Assembly: GCF_964355755.1 (NCBI RefSeq)
Contig: NC_092671.1
Coordinates: forward strand, 19,716,001-19,780,000
Direction of reading: 5' to 3'
Source of the DNA: Antedon mediterranea
Taxonomy: Eukaryota > Animalia > Echinodermata
DNA: 64,000 nucleotides
Under the pieces are notes generated by a model. That model saw only the letters and a list, made by a program, of their open reading frames with translations. It was not told the DNA's origin and made no database searches. A program made the translations under genes and the position numbers. Shown piece by piece: positions 28,101 through 39,200 of this stretch (positions within the stretch are counted from its first letter, which is position 1; each line of letters begins with the position of its first letter).

Positions 28101-30734
28101 ACAGATTGTAATACAGTACTGAATATGCAACAAACATCAGGAGATTTAAATTATTACAAACTGTAACTTTAATTAGTAAAATGTCAAGTTGTTTAGGATT
28201 CATACCTGCTTTCAGGGCATCTAGTAGAAAGGCAAGATTTTCAGAAAACGAACCCTAGATGCAAAATTAAAAAATGTGTTATTTTATTTACTGAAATCAT
28301 GACACTTTGGGGATGAAAAAATCTAGCAAAGAAAACTACAGTCAGGCCCAAATAAATCATAAAATAGACTTTATAAGATGATTACCATCACATTACAGGG
28401 TTCTCACGAGGCTGGTCGCCCCGTCCGGCACTTAGAATTTGCCACTGGCAGAAACAGGATTTCGATCGTTTGAAATTGTCATTAATAAAAAACATTATTT
28501 ATTATAATTTATTTGGTTTTATGTGCAAATCGAAGAATATCGTACAATTACCCACTTCCCCACCTTACAAGGCTGGCCGGCAATCCTTTCTTACTTTGAC
28601 TTTGATTGTATTATTCCGACGAATACATTTATATAGGTTATTATTAATAGGTGAAGATTAGAATAATGACGCTAAGGAGGATGTTGATGAAGGTCATACA
28701 CGGTTACAATCAAGAGCAAGTTTTGTTTTGGAAGAACGAACTTACAAAGACTTTATCACCAACTACATTATCCAGCTTTAGCTGCCTTGTGATCTCTTTT
28801 AGTGCAATTCTATCATCTGTTTGTAACAAACCATTCAAATGTACTTGTAACAGATTCTTACCAACATCAATGGCCGCATGTACCTCTTTGAGAGTATCCT
28901 TGATCAGCTAAAAGAAAACAAAAATTAACACAAAAACTGAGAAACAATTTTCCCATTATTTACCAATGGCGACCAAGTAATAAGGATGTAGGTGTGGGAT
29001 GATTAAAAATTTAAAGATAGCTGGGAAAATATAGTAATAATAGTACTTTGAGGTGGGTCCTGGTACGGTACTGTAAGTTAAAATTATGTTGAGTAGAACT
29101 TAGGCCTTGAAATAAGGGTGGGTGGGTGGCATGTCCCTGCACATCTCCACCAAGCACAATTACATCCATGAGTAAAACATTTTCTATTGAAATATGTATA
29201 CAACTTCATTCTTTATTCAATAAAATATTTAAAAATCATCAAGAATGTAAAATTTCCAGGTCATCGCCTGTTTTACCAGGCAAATGCAGGAATAATTCAT
29301 TAAACATTAAATATACTAATCAAACATATACAAACAAATATAAATTTTTGTTGTCATTAATTTTTATAGGAATACAAAAAAATAGAAATACGATTTTACC
29401 ATTGATTTGCCTGCACCTCTTGGGCCAATTAGCAAAGCAGAATTACTTTCACCAAGTTTGACACATCGTTTTAAAATTTCTAATAAATGTCTGAAAAGTA
29501 AGTATCATATTTATTGTTGTAGAGGGTTTTTATTTGAGGAAAGCATTTATTTGTGGGAGTTTATTATTGCTTTCATTCAAGGGAGGGGTAATAGTAGTGT
29601 ACCTCAGGAAGTAAAATAAAACTATTATTTAATTTAATTGAATGCATTTATTCTTATACAGTGCATTACATTAAAACATCTTTAAAAAAGGTATAGGCAT
29701 GAATTGTAAATATAATATCTGTTTAATTGTACATAAATCAAATATTTGTAATAGAAATAATGATGGAAATGAATTTCCCTTAAAATAGTCTAAATACAAA
29801 GTTTTGCTAAATTCTGCTATAAAAACCAGGAAGACTTTTTTCAGTAGTTTAACCTGATGTAATAACATGTCCGGTGACTCCCTAGAAGGTGAAAAAAGAT
29901 GGTGGAATATACGGTGGATAATTTTTGCCATAGCATGAAAATAAAACTCTGAAGTTAATAAAAATACTAGAAATGTAAAATTTATACTGTATTAAGTATT
30001 ATTATTTAGTCATTCTGTTTTTACCACACCGTTTATTTGTTATAGTTTTTTAAAAATGCCTCTCTCTTTCTTTACAACATTTGTGTACAAAAGAATAGAG
30101 ATTTTACTGTGTAATTTGAACTACTGTATCCCACACTGAAAGAAGAAGAAGAAAGTGCTTATTTTCAACAAGCTTGTGTAACACAATCCCAACAATTATG
30201 AAACATAAGGGAAGCAATTAATCTGAATGCAAATAAAACCTAAAAACATGTTAAACATCCCAATTTTTGTTAATAGTTTAAAAAAGATTGTGATTATTTA
30301 TTATAAAAAAAAACTTAGTGGCCATGTTTTTGTTAATATATTGACAATCATCAATTGAAATGTACCGCTTGACCGCTTAAATTTTGACTTTATTAATATA
30401 TCTGTGATAATTTTTTCTTACTTTGTCTGTTTTGTTAATTGAGTCTCTGAAAAAGCTTATTGCGTTGTAGGTGATGCCACAATTTTTGGAAATAATAATA
30501 ATATATATAATATCAAAACACAAAAACTATCGAACTACTATACTTTTTTTGTTCCTTAAATGCATGAGTTTCGGGTAGCTGATTGTCAAACAGTTTTTCT
30601 CTGATACTTTTTTGAAGGATGTCATAGTTTTCATCAGTGTTTTCTTGCTTGATTCTGATGCCTTCTTTACGAACCTTCACTGTTGACTCTTCTTTTTGTT
30701 TAGATACACGCTTTCTAGCTGGAGTTCTTGGCAT
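4161..30734 (-). CDS. ORC4: Origin recognition complex subunit 4 (AAA+ and winged helix), 452 aa, 11 coding exons
   Basis: Exons 5'->3': 30734-30544, 29490-29400, 28907-28746, 28254-28206, 27204-27056, 24316-24143, 20716-20630, 20330-20222, 13692-13597, 13061-12994, 4343-4161. All are GT-AG, phase-compatible and total 1359 nt. Motifs: [17 protein letters not shown] (Walker A), [29 protein letters not shown] (Walker B), [39 protein letters not shown]...CPTEIKHWA. Confidence 0.97.
6895..7042 (-). repeat. 3' LTR of the Gypsy element
   Basis: Direct repeat of 11481-11628 with 4 substitutions in 148 bp. Contains AATAAA on the - strand. Confidence 0.97.
7216..10180 (-). pseudogene. pol: Gypsy pol (protease, RT, RNase H, integrase), frameshifted
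   Basis: PR '[11 protein letters not shown]' near 10130-10165; RT 'IADDFVIYG'; RNase H 'IQCDSSQY...[19 protein letters not shown]'; IN with HHCC ('HSSHQG...CQSC') and DDE ('QDIF','TDNA','KAEATVK'). Split over several frames. Confidence 0.93.
10258..11068 (-). pseudogene. gag: Gypsy gag, frameshifted
   Basis: ORFs 10790..11068 and 10258..10824. '[23 protein letters not shown]' resembles the MHR. Degenerate Mag-type Zn knuckles '[15 protein letters not shown]'. Confidence 0.88.
11481..11628 (-). repeat. 5' LTR of the Gypsy element
   Basis: Direct repeat of 6895-7042, followed on the - strand by the PBS at 11463-11480. Confidence 0.97.
11917..12691. mobile_element. Kolobok-like non-autonomous DNA transposon (MITE)
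   Basis: 16-bp TIR AGATGTATTGTCCCTT / AAGGGACAATACATCT, AG...CT termini, TTAA on both sides. Contains an internal partial tandem duplication. Confidence 0.88.
12710..12830 (+). mobile_element. tRNA-derived SINE head, degenerate
   Basis: A-box-like 'tagattggtggttaacatg' and B-box-like 'gattcaatct'. A related copy is on the - strand at about 61315-61440. Confidence 0.5.
13700..15015 (-). mobile_element. Helentron-type non-autonomous element (HINE-like), partial
   Basis: Co-linear with 31038-32100 and 58431-59940. Shares internal repeats 'gagatgcgctct' and 'tggccatacgatgacgtcacaat', and the end 'acaataacaa'. Confidence 0.75.
14326..14436 (-). mobile_element. Short HINE-like element nested in the larger element
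   Basis: Both termini and the (GACC/GACA)n microsatellite match 40046-40786. It is absent from the equivalent site of the 31 kb copy (about 31575). Confidence 0.8.
15900..16135 (-). mobile_element. L2-group LINE 3' fragment
   Basis: 'KLNLTFW...[17 protein letters not shown]...GLRS...LIIP' is typical of the L2/CR1 ORF2 C-terminus. Confidence 0.5.
18240..18665 (+). mobile_element. L2/Crack-like LINE 3' end
   Basis: Reads '[27 protein letters not shown]...[10 protein letters not shown]', then a 3'UTR with the hairpin 'tagcgaaagcta', AATAAA and a short repeat tail. Confidence 0.75.
19100..19640 (+). mobile_element. Divergent HINE-family fragment
   Basis: Shares 'gtgctcgtataac.taattttaagt' and 'aatttttgaaacgcttaaaatt' with the 14.5, 31.7, 40.5 and 59.4 kb copies. 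Confidence 0.55.
21950..22570 (-). mobile_element. CR1/L2-group LINE 3' end
   Basis: '[34 protein letters not shown]...[12 protein letters not shown]'. The 3'UTR has a hairpin (ggctaaagcc), AATAAA and an (ATT)n-like tail. Confidence 0.85.
22565..23005 (+). mobile_element. LINE RT fragment joined to a LINE 3' end
   Basis: '[17 protein letters not shown]...[10 protein letters not shown]', followed by a 3'UTR hairpin 'agccag-aatt-ggct' and an A-rich tail. Confidence 0.8.
23085..23388. mobile_element. PIF/Harbinger-like MITE
   Basis: About 28-bp imperfect TIR AGGCCATTTTACACAGATGAGCGGTAAC / GTTACTGCTCGTCTGTGTAAATTGGCCT, with TAA on both sides. Confidence 0.8.
24510..26430 (-). mobile_element. 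Degenerate CR1-clade LINE ORF2
   Basis: '[16 protein letters not shown]', '[12 protein letters not shown]...[22 protein letters not shown]', '[10 protein letters not shown]', 'FADT', '[14 protein letters not shown]', 'RTRGHSFKL'. Confidence 0.92.
29690..30215. mobile_element. Sibling of the 1367-1955 DNA element, inverted
   Basis: Reverse-complement match over about 520 bp, for example 'ttgtacataaatcaaatatttgtaa' and 'tgtgtacaaaagaatagagattttactgtgtaatttgaact'. Confidence 0.85.
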
Positions 30735-31037
30735 GATGTGTTCAATTCTATTTTCAGAAACCAAGCCCCAAAAAAAAAAAAAATGTAAATTTATGAATAC
30801 AGTTATTTCAACAACATACCTTTTCATTTGCCAGTGACAAATTGCAAATTGAACAAAAATATAATATAAAATCTGTTGACATGTTTTATACCTCCTAACA
30901 TTTTTAGTCGCCAATGCTCCAGACACAAATTGTATATAGCACCCTCTACACTTAACTAACTCATGAAGTATGTGCTTGATGTTAAATTTTTCGCCAAATT
31001 GAGTTAGGCTTTCATTCCTGTACTACATCAACCATAA

Positions 31038-32100
31038 ACTAGATTTGAACTCGTCACTACGGACGAGTTAGGTTATCAGCGTAAAAGCCACGTGCACGTC
31101 ATACGTTAGAATATTGCACAGAGAAAAACGATTATGCCATTGAAAATATTTTAGTGTGCTCTCTATTTTGTGTCACGCCTAAGTATATACAGTATACACT
31201 ATCTGTATACATACTACATACAGTGCAGAATAGGTGAAAATAAGTGACCAAAGTTATTGACGCTTTTGCACATGATGACATCATAACAATTTTAAAAATG
31301 GTAAATCATGCAAAAGATAATTGATTGACCTAGACCAGGGAGTTTTAAAATAATTTATTTTACAACTCCCTGCCTAGACAATATAAAAAAATGGGGGAAA
31401 ATGGAATACGGATAAGTGGAGATGCGCTCTATTAAACGTGATGAGCTATGACGAATGAGACAAAAAGTGGCCATACGATGACGTCACAATGTCCGGTTAG
31501 CCATATTGATGCATGATTCGATACAACTCATCTACTTCCAGAATATGTAATTTAAAAAAAGTTCACCTCGTAGTTTAGAATCTATGACTGTTTAAAAAAT
31601 TTTCACAAATTTTAAAACTTTTTTTATCAAAACGCGCGCGAATTGTGCAATTCGACGTGCTCGTATGACGTGATTTTAAGTCGAAATTGTTTGAAAAGTT
31701 GATAAAATTACTAGAAAAGGCTGAAAAAACATAAACCACGCAAAAAAAATGTTGTTTGTGCTACGTGCGCACAAGAAATGCTTAAAATGACATGAAACGA
31801 GTAGAAAGTGTCAATACAAAATTACTTTCGGTTTTTAATCTATGTTCAATCAATGAAATTCATAAAATCGTGCGTAACTTGCGCTGCGCGACTCGAAATT
31901 TAAAAACAAAGTTTCTTGCACATCTACAGCTACAGGTCAATCTTAATTCTTATGACAAAGTTATAGGCCTAGGCCTATAAGTATAATCATACGTTGGCCA
32001 GAATTAAATTAAAGATATGCGTGCAACAAAATTTGTGGAAAGAAAGAAGAAAATAGAAAAAAAAAGATCCCGACAATAACAAGGGGTTAATATCCGCCAA
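31038..32100 (-). mobile_element. Helentron-type non-autonomous element in the putative first ORC4 intron
   Basis: Terminal ACTAG plus the hairpin aactcgtc-actacg-gacgagtt. The body is co-linear with 13700-15015. Confidence 0.78.
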
Positions 32101-32204
32101 TACAAATAAACATACTGTTGAGTTGAGGACAAGTAGGTCGGCATGCGAAGTACATTAGCGCCGCCTATCTGGCTAATATAGGCAACCAGTAAAGTGTAGT
32201 GGAG

Positions 32205-32330
32205 GTCTAGCCTAGGTAGTTAGGGCCTAGCCTAGCCCTACTACTACTAGGCCTAGCCTACTAGTACTAGTAGGCCCTAGCCTAGGCCTACCTATGCCTA
32301 GCCTAGGGCCTAGGTTTAGGCTAGTACTAT
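32205..32330. repeat. Low-complexity (TAGGCCTA/CTAG) palindromic cluster
   Basis: About 125 bp composed almost entirely of taggccta, ctag and tagta words. Confidence 0.85.
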
Positions 32331-32492
32331 CATCATCTAAACGCTCCAATAATATACGGGGGATTTATTATATTTAAAAATTTATTCACGGCTTAGTTTA
32401 TTTACGCATAATAATATTGTATTTTGACAAAAGATTACAACACCAAATAACCTAGCTAGGCCAGGCAACACACCAGAACTAAATAGGCCTAC

Positions 32493-32600
32493 CCTTTGCT
32501 ACTACACCACCTGTGGTCACGTCAGACCTGGTATGATGAGAGTTGACGATTTTAGTCTTTTAGACTATAAAATATATGAAACGCCAAAACCGCCACCTAT
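32493..32600 (-). promoter_or_regulatory. Putative ORC4 non-coding first exon / promoter
   Basis: Candidate donor AGG|GTAGGC at 32493/32492 pairs with the acceptor at 30747, 13 nt before the ATG. E2F-like TTTTGGCG at 32582-32589 and TGACGTGAC near 32517-32525. Inference only. Confidence 0.35.
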
Positions 32601-33489
32601 TTGCACAATTTGTACCAATATCGATTTGTGTACTATAGTATATTATCTATTTATACAATGAATCAATCTTTATAATTTTTTAATTAAATTTAGAAGTGAA
32701 GTTGCCTGGTTTTAATATTATTGCTATATGAAATTTGCTACAGCCTATATTAACGTTTATTCTAGTTATAACACACAAATCTCAAACCAACTCTAGTACT
32801 CAAGCTCTACAATACAAAGTCTAAATTGGTTGAACTTAGATGAAAGATTATTATTATATAAATGAAGCTATTGTTATGCTTAAAATTATTATGTTTATTA
32901 TTATTATTGTTTTGTATTTTTTTTTTTTTATGTTGTTTTTTTTTCTTGCGATCGTCCCACTTTTATTATCATTCTCTGTTTTATATGTAGGCCTAGGCCT
33001 ATTATATATTTATGTACATTTGTGACAATTCAATATTTGTATGCATATTTTTCCCTTTCTATTGTATATTAATACGATTCTTACAGTGTTAAAAGTAGTT
33101 AAAATACAGGCATATTTACATAAAAAATGATTTGATTGATTTCAATATAAAACCATATTTGCTTTCATTTACCATTTTAAAGAAGATGTTAATTAAAATA
33201 TATAGATAAAACACGGTAATAAAAGACTATAAAAAGTAATTAAAATCGTACTTAAACTCTTGTTCGTGTTCGGGTAGAGAATATCCTCCCTTTTCACAAA
33301 GACAAAATGGATGAGATGAAAAAAGAGGAATGCAAAAGTTTGAAAATGTATGGATATTAACAGCCGAACAACGAAAAATCCAGGCATTGGAAATGAGATA
33401 CTTATACTAGAACCATCTTACTGTAGGAATCACATCAGACCACATCGTCAATGCTGCAGAAAGCGATATATTTCTGATGCTGATTCAGC

Positions 33490-33745
33490 ACTGTCGTATG
33501 ATGGTGGTATCACAGTTGGTAAAGAGGTTACGAGGTTCAGGGGGAATGCAGGAACTGACAGTGCGAATATTACTGCGTCGCGTTCTTGTTCGGCGTCTCT
33601 TCAAATAATATACGATACCACCAACTATGTGGCACCAACAAAACATACCATCGACAACATAACTGCAACCATAACTCCAATTAGTACACCGTTACTCATA
33701 CCTGTAGAAAAAACATTATCAACTCATAAGAACATCCGCAAATTG
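33490..33745 (-). pseudogene. Dead duplicate of the TM/cytoplasmic exon of the CUB-LDLa receptor
   Basis: High similarity to 36475-36740 including the splice acceptor (33702). Contains an in-frame TAG (ACA TAG vs ACA TAT) and indels, and diverges after PPSYD. Confidence 0.88.
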
Positions 33746-33749
33746 TTTG

Positions 33750-34333
33750 TCAGAATTAGAAGATATAACTTGTGTAGTTTCTGAACATAAATTTAGGGCT
33801 TAAAAGCCCTAAATTTGTATATCTCCGATTAGTGGTTGCTGAGATATGATAAATCAAGGTTAGTAATGTTAGAAATAGCACCTTTTCATTAAAGTGAATA
33901 TAAAACCTTATATTATATTTACTACAATAAATAAATAAATGTTACAATAAATAAATAAATATTCTAACGATTTTGACACCATAATTAAGTATCTGTGACT
34001 AAGAAATAGCACCTTTTCATTAAAGTGAATATAAAACCTTATATTATATTTACTACAATAAATAAATAAATGTTACAATAAATAAATAAATATTCTAACG
34101 ATTTTGACACCATAATTAAGTATCTGTGACTAGCGGTTTCCAGGATACAGAGTAGGCCTACGTTATTAAAAATGGCCGCCATTTTTAATTATGCAAATTA
34201 GGCTACTTCCTGTTGTCGAAAAATGTCTTAACGTTGATAAAATGTGTTCGGTAGGGTCTAAAGAAGACATTTCATAAAAAAAAACATGTACTTGCAATTA
34301 GTTTGATTTAAAAGTCTAAATCCCATGGACTAA
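33750..34333 (-). mobile_element. DNA transposon terminal fragment (Academ-like)
   Basis: Terminus TAGTCCATGGGATTTAGAC on the - strand and the subterminal palindrome 'aaaatggccgccatttt'. The other end was not found. Confidence 0.45.
33871..34132. repeat. Perfect 131-bp tandem duplication
   Basis: Units start at 33871 and 34002 and look identical by eye. Confidence 0.92.
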
Positions 34334-34334
34334 T

Positions 34335-34570
34335 AGGCCAGTTTGAAATCTCATGACCACTGAAAATGGAAATGCTATGGCCATATCTCCAGAGCAATGA
34401 TCTGTCCACAGCCATCTTCCAGGGTACCACTTTAGGATTCAGAAGAGGCAGACAAAGACAAAATGGGTAGATAACATCACCGAATGGACTGGAAAATTGA
34501 ACTCAGAAGCACAAATAATGGCACATAAACAGAGACTTGTGAAGGAAACAGGTGATTGCGAAGTGATCCT
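34335..34570 (+). mobile_element. RTE-clade LINE 3' fragment
   Basis: 'KCYGHISR...RRGRQRQKWVDNITEWTG'. Confidence 0.7.
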
Positions 34571-35044
34571 ACAACACCCGGTCACGGGAGCAGTAACATA
34601 ATTTAACTAGAATTAGAGGACACTCATATAATTTGTTTAATACGCAACTAGTTAAATCTTTCAGGTGCAGGAGTTCTTTTCGCAAAGAATCAATACTTTC
34701 TAGAATTTCTTTCCCTGAATATGCGGTATCCACTCTCTCTGTAAATACTAGTTTCAAGAACAAATTATATTCATGGCCATTAAAAAAAACAACCCCTTAC
34801 CAACATTTTTTCACTACTATCAAGTAATAATATAGAGGCGGATTCAGAATTCTTTGTCGAGAAAACATTTTAAAGCTTAAAGTTGATCAATCATAAGTAA
34901 GCGTTTGAATGGTCTACTACGGATGATGTACTACCACATTGCGTCGCGTCCTAGTGGAAACCAAGTTGTAATATTATTGTCTTTCATGATATGAACAGAA
35001 TGGTCTAAACATTGTGTGCAAGCGGAATTTTTCATAATGTCATC

Positions 35045-35375
35045 AGACCTGTTTCCTATTGGGCGCATTTATTGGTGCGCGAATCCAAAGTTTCGTAGGG
35101 AAAATCGCGCTACCGATTTCATTTCCATCGCGTGTCTGATGCAGATTTTCAATTCACATATGAGAGCTCATGAAAGACGTTATGATCGTTAGCTGAGCTC
35201 TGGTTGGTTGCGCAACTGTACGCTTTGTAAAGTTAGAAACAATTCAAATTGCCAATTTGGCAAAATGAAACAAAAAAAATCAAATAACAAAAAAGAAATT
35301 TGGAAGATGGAAAGATACGTATAAACTGACACTTTCGATTAGCGCGAACACATTCGCCTAGTGGAAAACAGGCTG
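35045..35375. mobile_element. Harbinger-like MITE, degenerate
   Basis: Imperfect TIR cctgtttcctattgggcgca / tcgcctagtggaaaacaggct. Confidence 0.5.
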
Positions 35376-36266
35376 CTTTATAGTAGATATCATTCCGACT
35401 TTCAGCGCATACAATTGTTAATATGACCGTTTTTCATTACACGTCTCATGAACAAGCCTCCCTTGCAAATAAACAAAAATAGCATGTAACCAGTTCAAGC
35501 AATACATGTGTACGTATAGCCATTGACTTTTCAGGATTAAATTAAACCACAAAACAATGATGCAAAATTAAAGTTGTTTATAATACCAGGGAAGATTTAA
35601 CTCTTCCCTGATAATACATTTTGTTATAAAACATTATGTAACCAAGGTACGCCTTTTAAATTTAGGCCAATATAAAAACACATCAAATAATATATAAAAT
35701 TATACAATAAACTATAAAAACAATGTGTACATCGTATATATTACATAAAACATAAAGTATATACACCATTAACTATGATTTCTGTTTAACTCTTTCTTTT
35801 TAAAATCAATATTTTACTGAGTAGTTATTGCTATCATTAAATGTAATAGAAAATCATTAAATTTGAAATAAGCATTACAATTTACCATTGACCCAATAAT
35901 CCTAATAATCTTAATCTGAATATTATGAAAATAGTTTATTTCTTAAAACCCTTCGTGATTATGATTTATCGTTGTGGTAGGCGTTACTTCCATAATTTCT
36001 TAAGTGATTATCTCTACCTGTGTTGAGAGGCACATCACTCCATTTTCAATAAAAACGAACTACCATGCAAGTATTGTAATATCAATACACCGTAAAAGAT
36101 AAATCAATGATAATATCAGAAACTAACATTATTAGCGATAATTAAAACTATGACAAACCGAAAGTGTGTATAGTAATTGTAGACAGACGCATATGGTCTG
36201 CCGCATACAAATAAATTATTTTGAACAGAATAAAAGCGGTTAAAATTAGTTGAGAAAGACTGTTGC

Positions 36267-39200
36267 CTATTCCTTAATTTTATTTGTTGGGTCTGTCTTT
36301 GATATTTCGAATTCTGAATCTATGAGCGGCAGTTCATGAGAATCGTCAATAAATTCTTGATAGCCTGATCGATCATCGTGCGTATTCCCATTTTCTGTTT
36401 CTTCTGACGCTTTAACTTCTACTTTTTCATCAAGACTCTGCTTAACAAGGTCATCTTCATTGATCCCGACAGCAATGTCGTATGATGGTGGTATGTCACA
36501 GTTGGTAAAGAGGTTACGAGGTTCAGGGGGAATGTAGGCACTGACAGTGCGAATATTACTGCGTCGCGTTCTTGTTCGGCGTCTCTTCACAAAAATCGAT
36601 ACCACCAAATATGTGGCACTAACAAAACATACCATCGACAACATAACTGCAACCACAACTCCAATTAGTACACCGTTACTCATACCTATAGAAAAAAATA
36701 TTAAATTCAACTTAAGTCTTCAGAAGAACATCCGCAAATTAGAAGAGTCGCAGTAAAACAAGATGGTGGTAACCACAATTGTTAGACCTCCCTCCTTGTT
36801 TACGATACGGTATCATTTTCAGTGTTTTAAGCTTTATTGTATGGATATATAATTATAAACTCTTTGATTACAATAAATAGCCTACTCTTTCACCGCTGAA
36901 CAAAATATAATTGTTGAGCGTTAAGAATACAAACCAAAGTCTATATTATTTTGTAAAACACATTTTGCGGTGTTATATCATCATGTTCAATACTCAATTA
37001 GACTATTCAATTAGAAAATTAAAAGTAATGATTTAACATTCAGTATAATGTACTTACGACAATTAGTCTCATCAGATTCATCGGAACAGTCAATGTAGTT
37101 ATCGCAAACAAATTCCTTTGGTATACAATTGGAAACATCGCAACGAAATGCACCTTTACAATTGTCAATTACTATAAATAAATAGATTTTGTATTACATT
37201 TTTGCTCATTTTCGAACTTTGCCAAAATATTCTTTTTTTTTTTTTTTGACTTTCTTACACAGATAATATTTCACGATAATGTTTTCTTTTTAATAAATAA
37301 TGACATACGGTATGTGTTTTCTTTTTAACAAAAAGAAAACACATACCGTATGTTATTATTTATTAGAAAAACACCAGAGGAACAAGGATATTAACTTTGT
37401 CTTTAAATGAATTAAATGACGAAACTATTACTTTTCAACTGTAAATATAATCATAATTATTATAATAACTATAATTTAAAAATAGGAATTATACGGCAGT
37501 TACAGGCAGAGCATCACAAATTGTAACAGAGAATATCATACCATCCTGTACTGTAGTTGTTAAGCACTCTGTTTCATCATACGGGTTTAAGCAATTGGAA
37601 TAACCATCACATTTTATGGAGTTTGGTAAACACATCTTTTTTGAATAACACCAGAAATGATCGTCATCACACTGTTCTTCTGTTTAATATAGCACATAAT
37701 ACCGTATAATTAATGTTTAAGTACAGCTAATAATTACTGCTTCGTTCCCACGCGTAACCTTTCGTAGCCCACGCGTGGGGCATTGTTGAACCTACGATGT
37801 ATTGTCTTTTGATCGTGATCCCACGCGATCCCACGCGCTCCCACGAAGGCCATTGTTTTTTTTATCGCGATTCTAGTAGAGGTATTGTTCTTTGATCGCA
37901 TTCCCACGCGCTCCCACGAGCTCCCACGAAAGGCATTATATTTTGATTGTGATTCTACGAAACGAATTGTTTCTTGATTGCGTTTCCAAATGAGTGCAAT
38001 TACAGCATTATTACCTTGTTGGACGCAAACATTTTGCATCCTAGGATTGTTTAGTGGTTTTACGAAAATCTATAAACAAAATTCGTAGGTGTAGGCCAAC
38101 GTGGTACTCGTTCGGTTATTGTTTATCGGAGCTACGAAGCCTACGAGTGGTGACGCGTGGTAACGCATGGTACTTCGTGAGAACGCGTGGTACTTCGTAG
38201 GAACTGTTTATTGAGGTTACGAATTCCCACGCGTGGCCACGAAGTACCACGCGTTGCCACGAAGTACCACGCGTGGCCACGAAGTACCACGCGTGGCCAC
38301 GAAGTAGCCACGAAGCTAGAACGTGGGTAACGTTGCAGTAGTTTTTAGCTGTACTGTAGTTATCGCAAACAAATTCCTTTGGTATACAATTGGAAACATC
38401 GCAACGAAATGCACCTTTACAATTGTCAATTACTATAAATAAATAGATTTTGTATTACATTTTTGCTCATTTTCGAACTTTGCCAAAATATTTTTTTTTT
38501 TTTAAATTGACTTTCTTACACAGATAATATTTCACAATAATGTTTTCTTTTTAACAAAAAGAAAACACATACCGTATGTCATTATTTATTAAAAAAACAC
38601 CAGAGGAACAAGGATATTAACTTTGTCTTTAAATGAATTAAATGACGAAACTATTACTTTTCAACTGTAAATATAATCATAATTATTATAATAACAATAA
38701 TTTAAAAATAGGAATTATACGGCAGTTACAAGCAGAGCATCACAAGTTGTAACAGAGAATATCATACCATCCTGTACTGTAGTTGTTAAGCACTCTGTTT
38801 CATCATACGGGTTTAAGCAATTGGAATAACCATCACATTTTATGGAGTTTGGTAAACACATCTTTTTTGAATAACACCAGAAATGATCGTCATCACACTG
38901 TTCTTCTGTTTAATATAGCACATAATATACAAATAATGAATGTTTATGAGTGCAATGGTACAAATAATGGCACGAGGTGAATGATGAAAGGTTATATCAA
39001 CGAGGCAAAGCCGAGTTGATATAACCTTTCATCATTCACCAAGTGCCATTATTTGTACCATTACACGAATACAAAACATTCATTATTTGTTTTATATAAC
39101 ATCTAGACGTTTTTTTTTCGTACACAAAAATGTTTCAAAAAGTACTATTTAACGATCGTTGAATAGTGCGTACTATTGCACGCCATGTGACCCACATTCG

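Noticed and set aside
33350-33784. 144-aa + strand ORF (also 36547..36756)
   Set aside because: Antisense shadow of the TM exon and its pseudo-copy.
37734-38039. ORF as transposase
   Set aside because: It arises from the element's internal repeats and has no DDE or HTH motif.
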